From Mobula hypostoma (Eukaryota), in NCBI RefSeq assembly GCF_963921235.1, contig NC_086108.1, positions 97,404,001 to 97,468,000 of the forward strand: a stretch of 64,000 bases of DNA. Direction: 5' to 3'. The translations under genes and the position numbers were made by a program. The notes beneath the pieces were generated by a model. The model saw only the letters and a list, made by a program, of their open reading frames with translations, searched no databases and had not been told where the DNA came from. This document shows positions 62,227 to 64,000 of the stretch, piece after piece. How positions within the stretch are numbered: position 1 is the stretch's first letter; every line of letters begins with the position of its first letter.

Positions 62227-62748
62227 TTTAACATCTGCCGGACGATGCTGAGGATGTTCTGAGTCTGTGGTGGCCAGTGCGATCATGTTTGCTGTTGTGT
62301 GCTGGGGCAGCAGGCTGAGGGTAGCAGACACCAACAGAATCAACAAACTCATTCGTAAGGCCAGTGATGTTGTGGGGATGGAACTGGACTCTCTGACGGT
62401 GGTGTCTGAAAAGAGGATGCTGTCTAAGTTGCATGCCATCTTGGTCAATGTCTCCTATCCACTACATAATGTACTGGTTGGGCACAAGAGTACATTCAGC
62501 CAGAGACTCATTCCACCGAGATGCAACACTGACCGTCATAGGAAGTCATTCCTGCCTGTGGCCGTCAAACTTTACAACTCCTCCCTTGGAGGGTCAGACA
62601 CCCTGAGCCAATAGGCTGGTCCTGGACTTATTTCCTGGCATAATTTACATATTACTATTTAACTATTTATGGTTTTATTACTATTTATTATTTATGGTGC
62701 AAAAACCAATTTTCCCCGGGATCAATAAAGTATGACTATGACTATGAC
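62227..62748 (+). mobile_element. Young Rex1-type LINE 3' end with (TATGAC)n tail
   Basis: VASAIMFAVVCWGS...NKLIRKASDVVG...YPLH...PRCNTDRHRKSFLPVAVKLYN; AATAAA followed by TATGAC x3. Confidence 0.88.
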
Positions 62749-63454
62749 AAATCTGAAGGACGATGAAAAATGTTAAGTTGCTCAAACCACTTAATGAAGT
62801 GTAAAATGCAACAATCACTTGGCATTTTAATGTCAAAAATAATCCGTTTGTCGAGATCTCATTGTGTAATAGTAACAGCAAGCAGGTTTAGAATTTACAC
62901 TTTCTGCATTTCCTGATATATATATAGTTAATATCTTAACATGCTAAAGCTTTGCAAGAGATGGCGAAGGCAGCTTAGCTTGTCTGCAGGCTAGCTACGT
63001 CTGCTGGTACTCAGAGTGTACTGCATCAACTTTCTTCCCATCCACCCTCAATATTCTTGAGCTATTTAAATACATCAGTCCAGAAGCAACATTCCCATCT
63101 AGCCCGGTCCAAAGTTTGTTGTCATTTCAGATGCATTTTTATTTAGTTAGTAGATATATATATATATATATACCAACCAAATAGTTCAATCCTTGATTTC
63201 ATTTGACTGATGGTGTTTCTGCATTACCCATACTTCCAAGTAAAACCGGTAGTAAGCGAGGAGTACAGAGGAACACATTGAGAGCAGTGCAAGGGTATGC
63301 TGATGCTAACCCTATGTTGTTAATCAATGTTCCAACTAAATTTATTATCAAGTTACTTATATGTCACTAATACTATCTCGAGATTCATTTCCTTGCTGGC
63401 ATTCTCAGAAAAACAAAGAAATACAAAAGAATTAACAAAATCTACAATCAAAGA

Positions 63455-63670
63455 CCATAAGCAGATTTAGGCCATTCAGCCTTCGAGTTTGCTCTGCCAT
63501 TCCATCTTGGCTGATTTATTATCCCTCTCAACCCCATTCTCCTGCCTTCTCCCTGAAACCTTTGATGCCCTGATTAATCAAGAATCTATTGATCTCTGCC
63601 TTAAATATACCCAATGACTCAGCCCACACAGCTGTCTGTGGCAATAAATTCCACAGATTCACCACCCTCA
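63455..63670 (-). mobile_element. CR1 3' end
   Basis: LRVVNLWNLLPQTAVWAESLGIFKAEINRFLINQGIKG on the minus strand. Confidence 0.8.
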
Positions 63671-64000
63671 AACAGTAACATCGCAGGCTACAGAACTTTT
63701 CATTGAAAGCTGCCACGTAGACGTTGTAAAAAAGCGCGAACATATTAGAAGAAATAATGATGACAAAACTGACAGAGAGCAAGACGTCATCTGAGATTAA
63801 AAAAGATATGTGATCGCTGTGGGTGGCAGCACCGGCCAAAAAAATGTCCAGCATATGGGAAAATGTGCAATGATTGCGGTAAGGTAATCATTTTTCACGC
63901 TGTTGCAGAAGTAGAATGAAAATAAAACAAGTAAATGCAGTGCTTGAAAATGAACTTGAGGAGTGTTATACTGATGTGCTTTGTGAAAACAAACTAAGTA

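Overview
Eukaryotic, repeat-dominated vertebrate DNA. The repeat set (CR1 LINEs, HE1/V-SINE-like and CORE-like tRNA SINEs, Rex1/Babar, RTE, Penelope-like elements (PLEs), Tc1 and hAT remnants, a solo LTR) points to a cartilaginous fish, probably a ray; this is an inference. I recognise no host protein-coding gene: every long ORF is retroelement-derived or antisense to one. Highlights: (1) PLEs with a GIY-YIG endonuclease and a minimal type I hammerhead ribozyme motif, intact at 5826-5861. They include a 1.6-kb insertion with ~490-bp inverted arms and a 14-bp target-site duplication (TSD), plus several 130-200-bp non-coding fold-back mini-elements, two with 14-15-bp TSDs. (2) A near-intact young CR1 (43018-46369; ORF2 broken by one stop) and three near-identical truncated sisters. 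(3) A 1278-bp TG...CA solo LTR with a 5-bp TSD and an internal 36/37-bp minisatellite. (4) An unbroken, CpG-rich RTE reverse transcriptase fragment. (5) A CpG-rich promoter-like island at ~40.8-41.9 kb with weak, speculative divergent exon candidates. Boundaries of old repeats are approximate and were read by eye.
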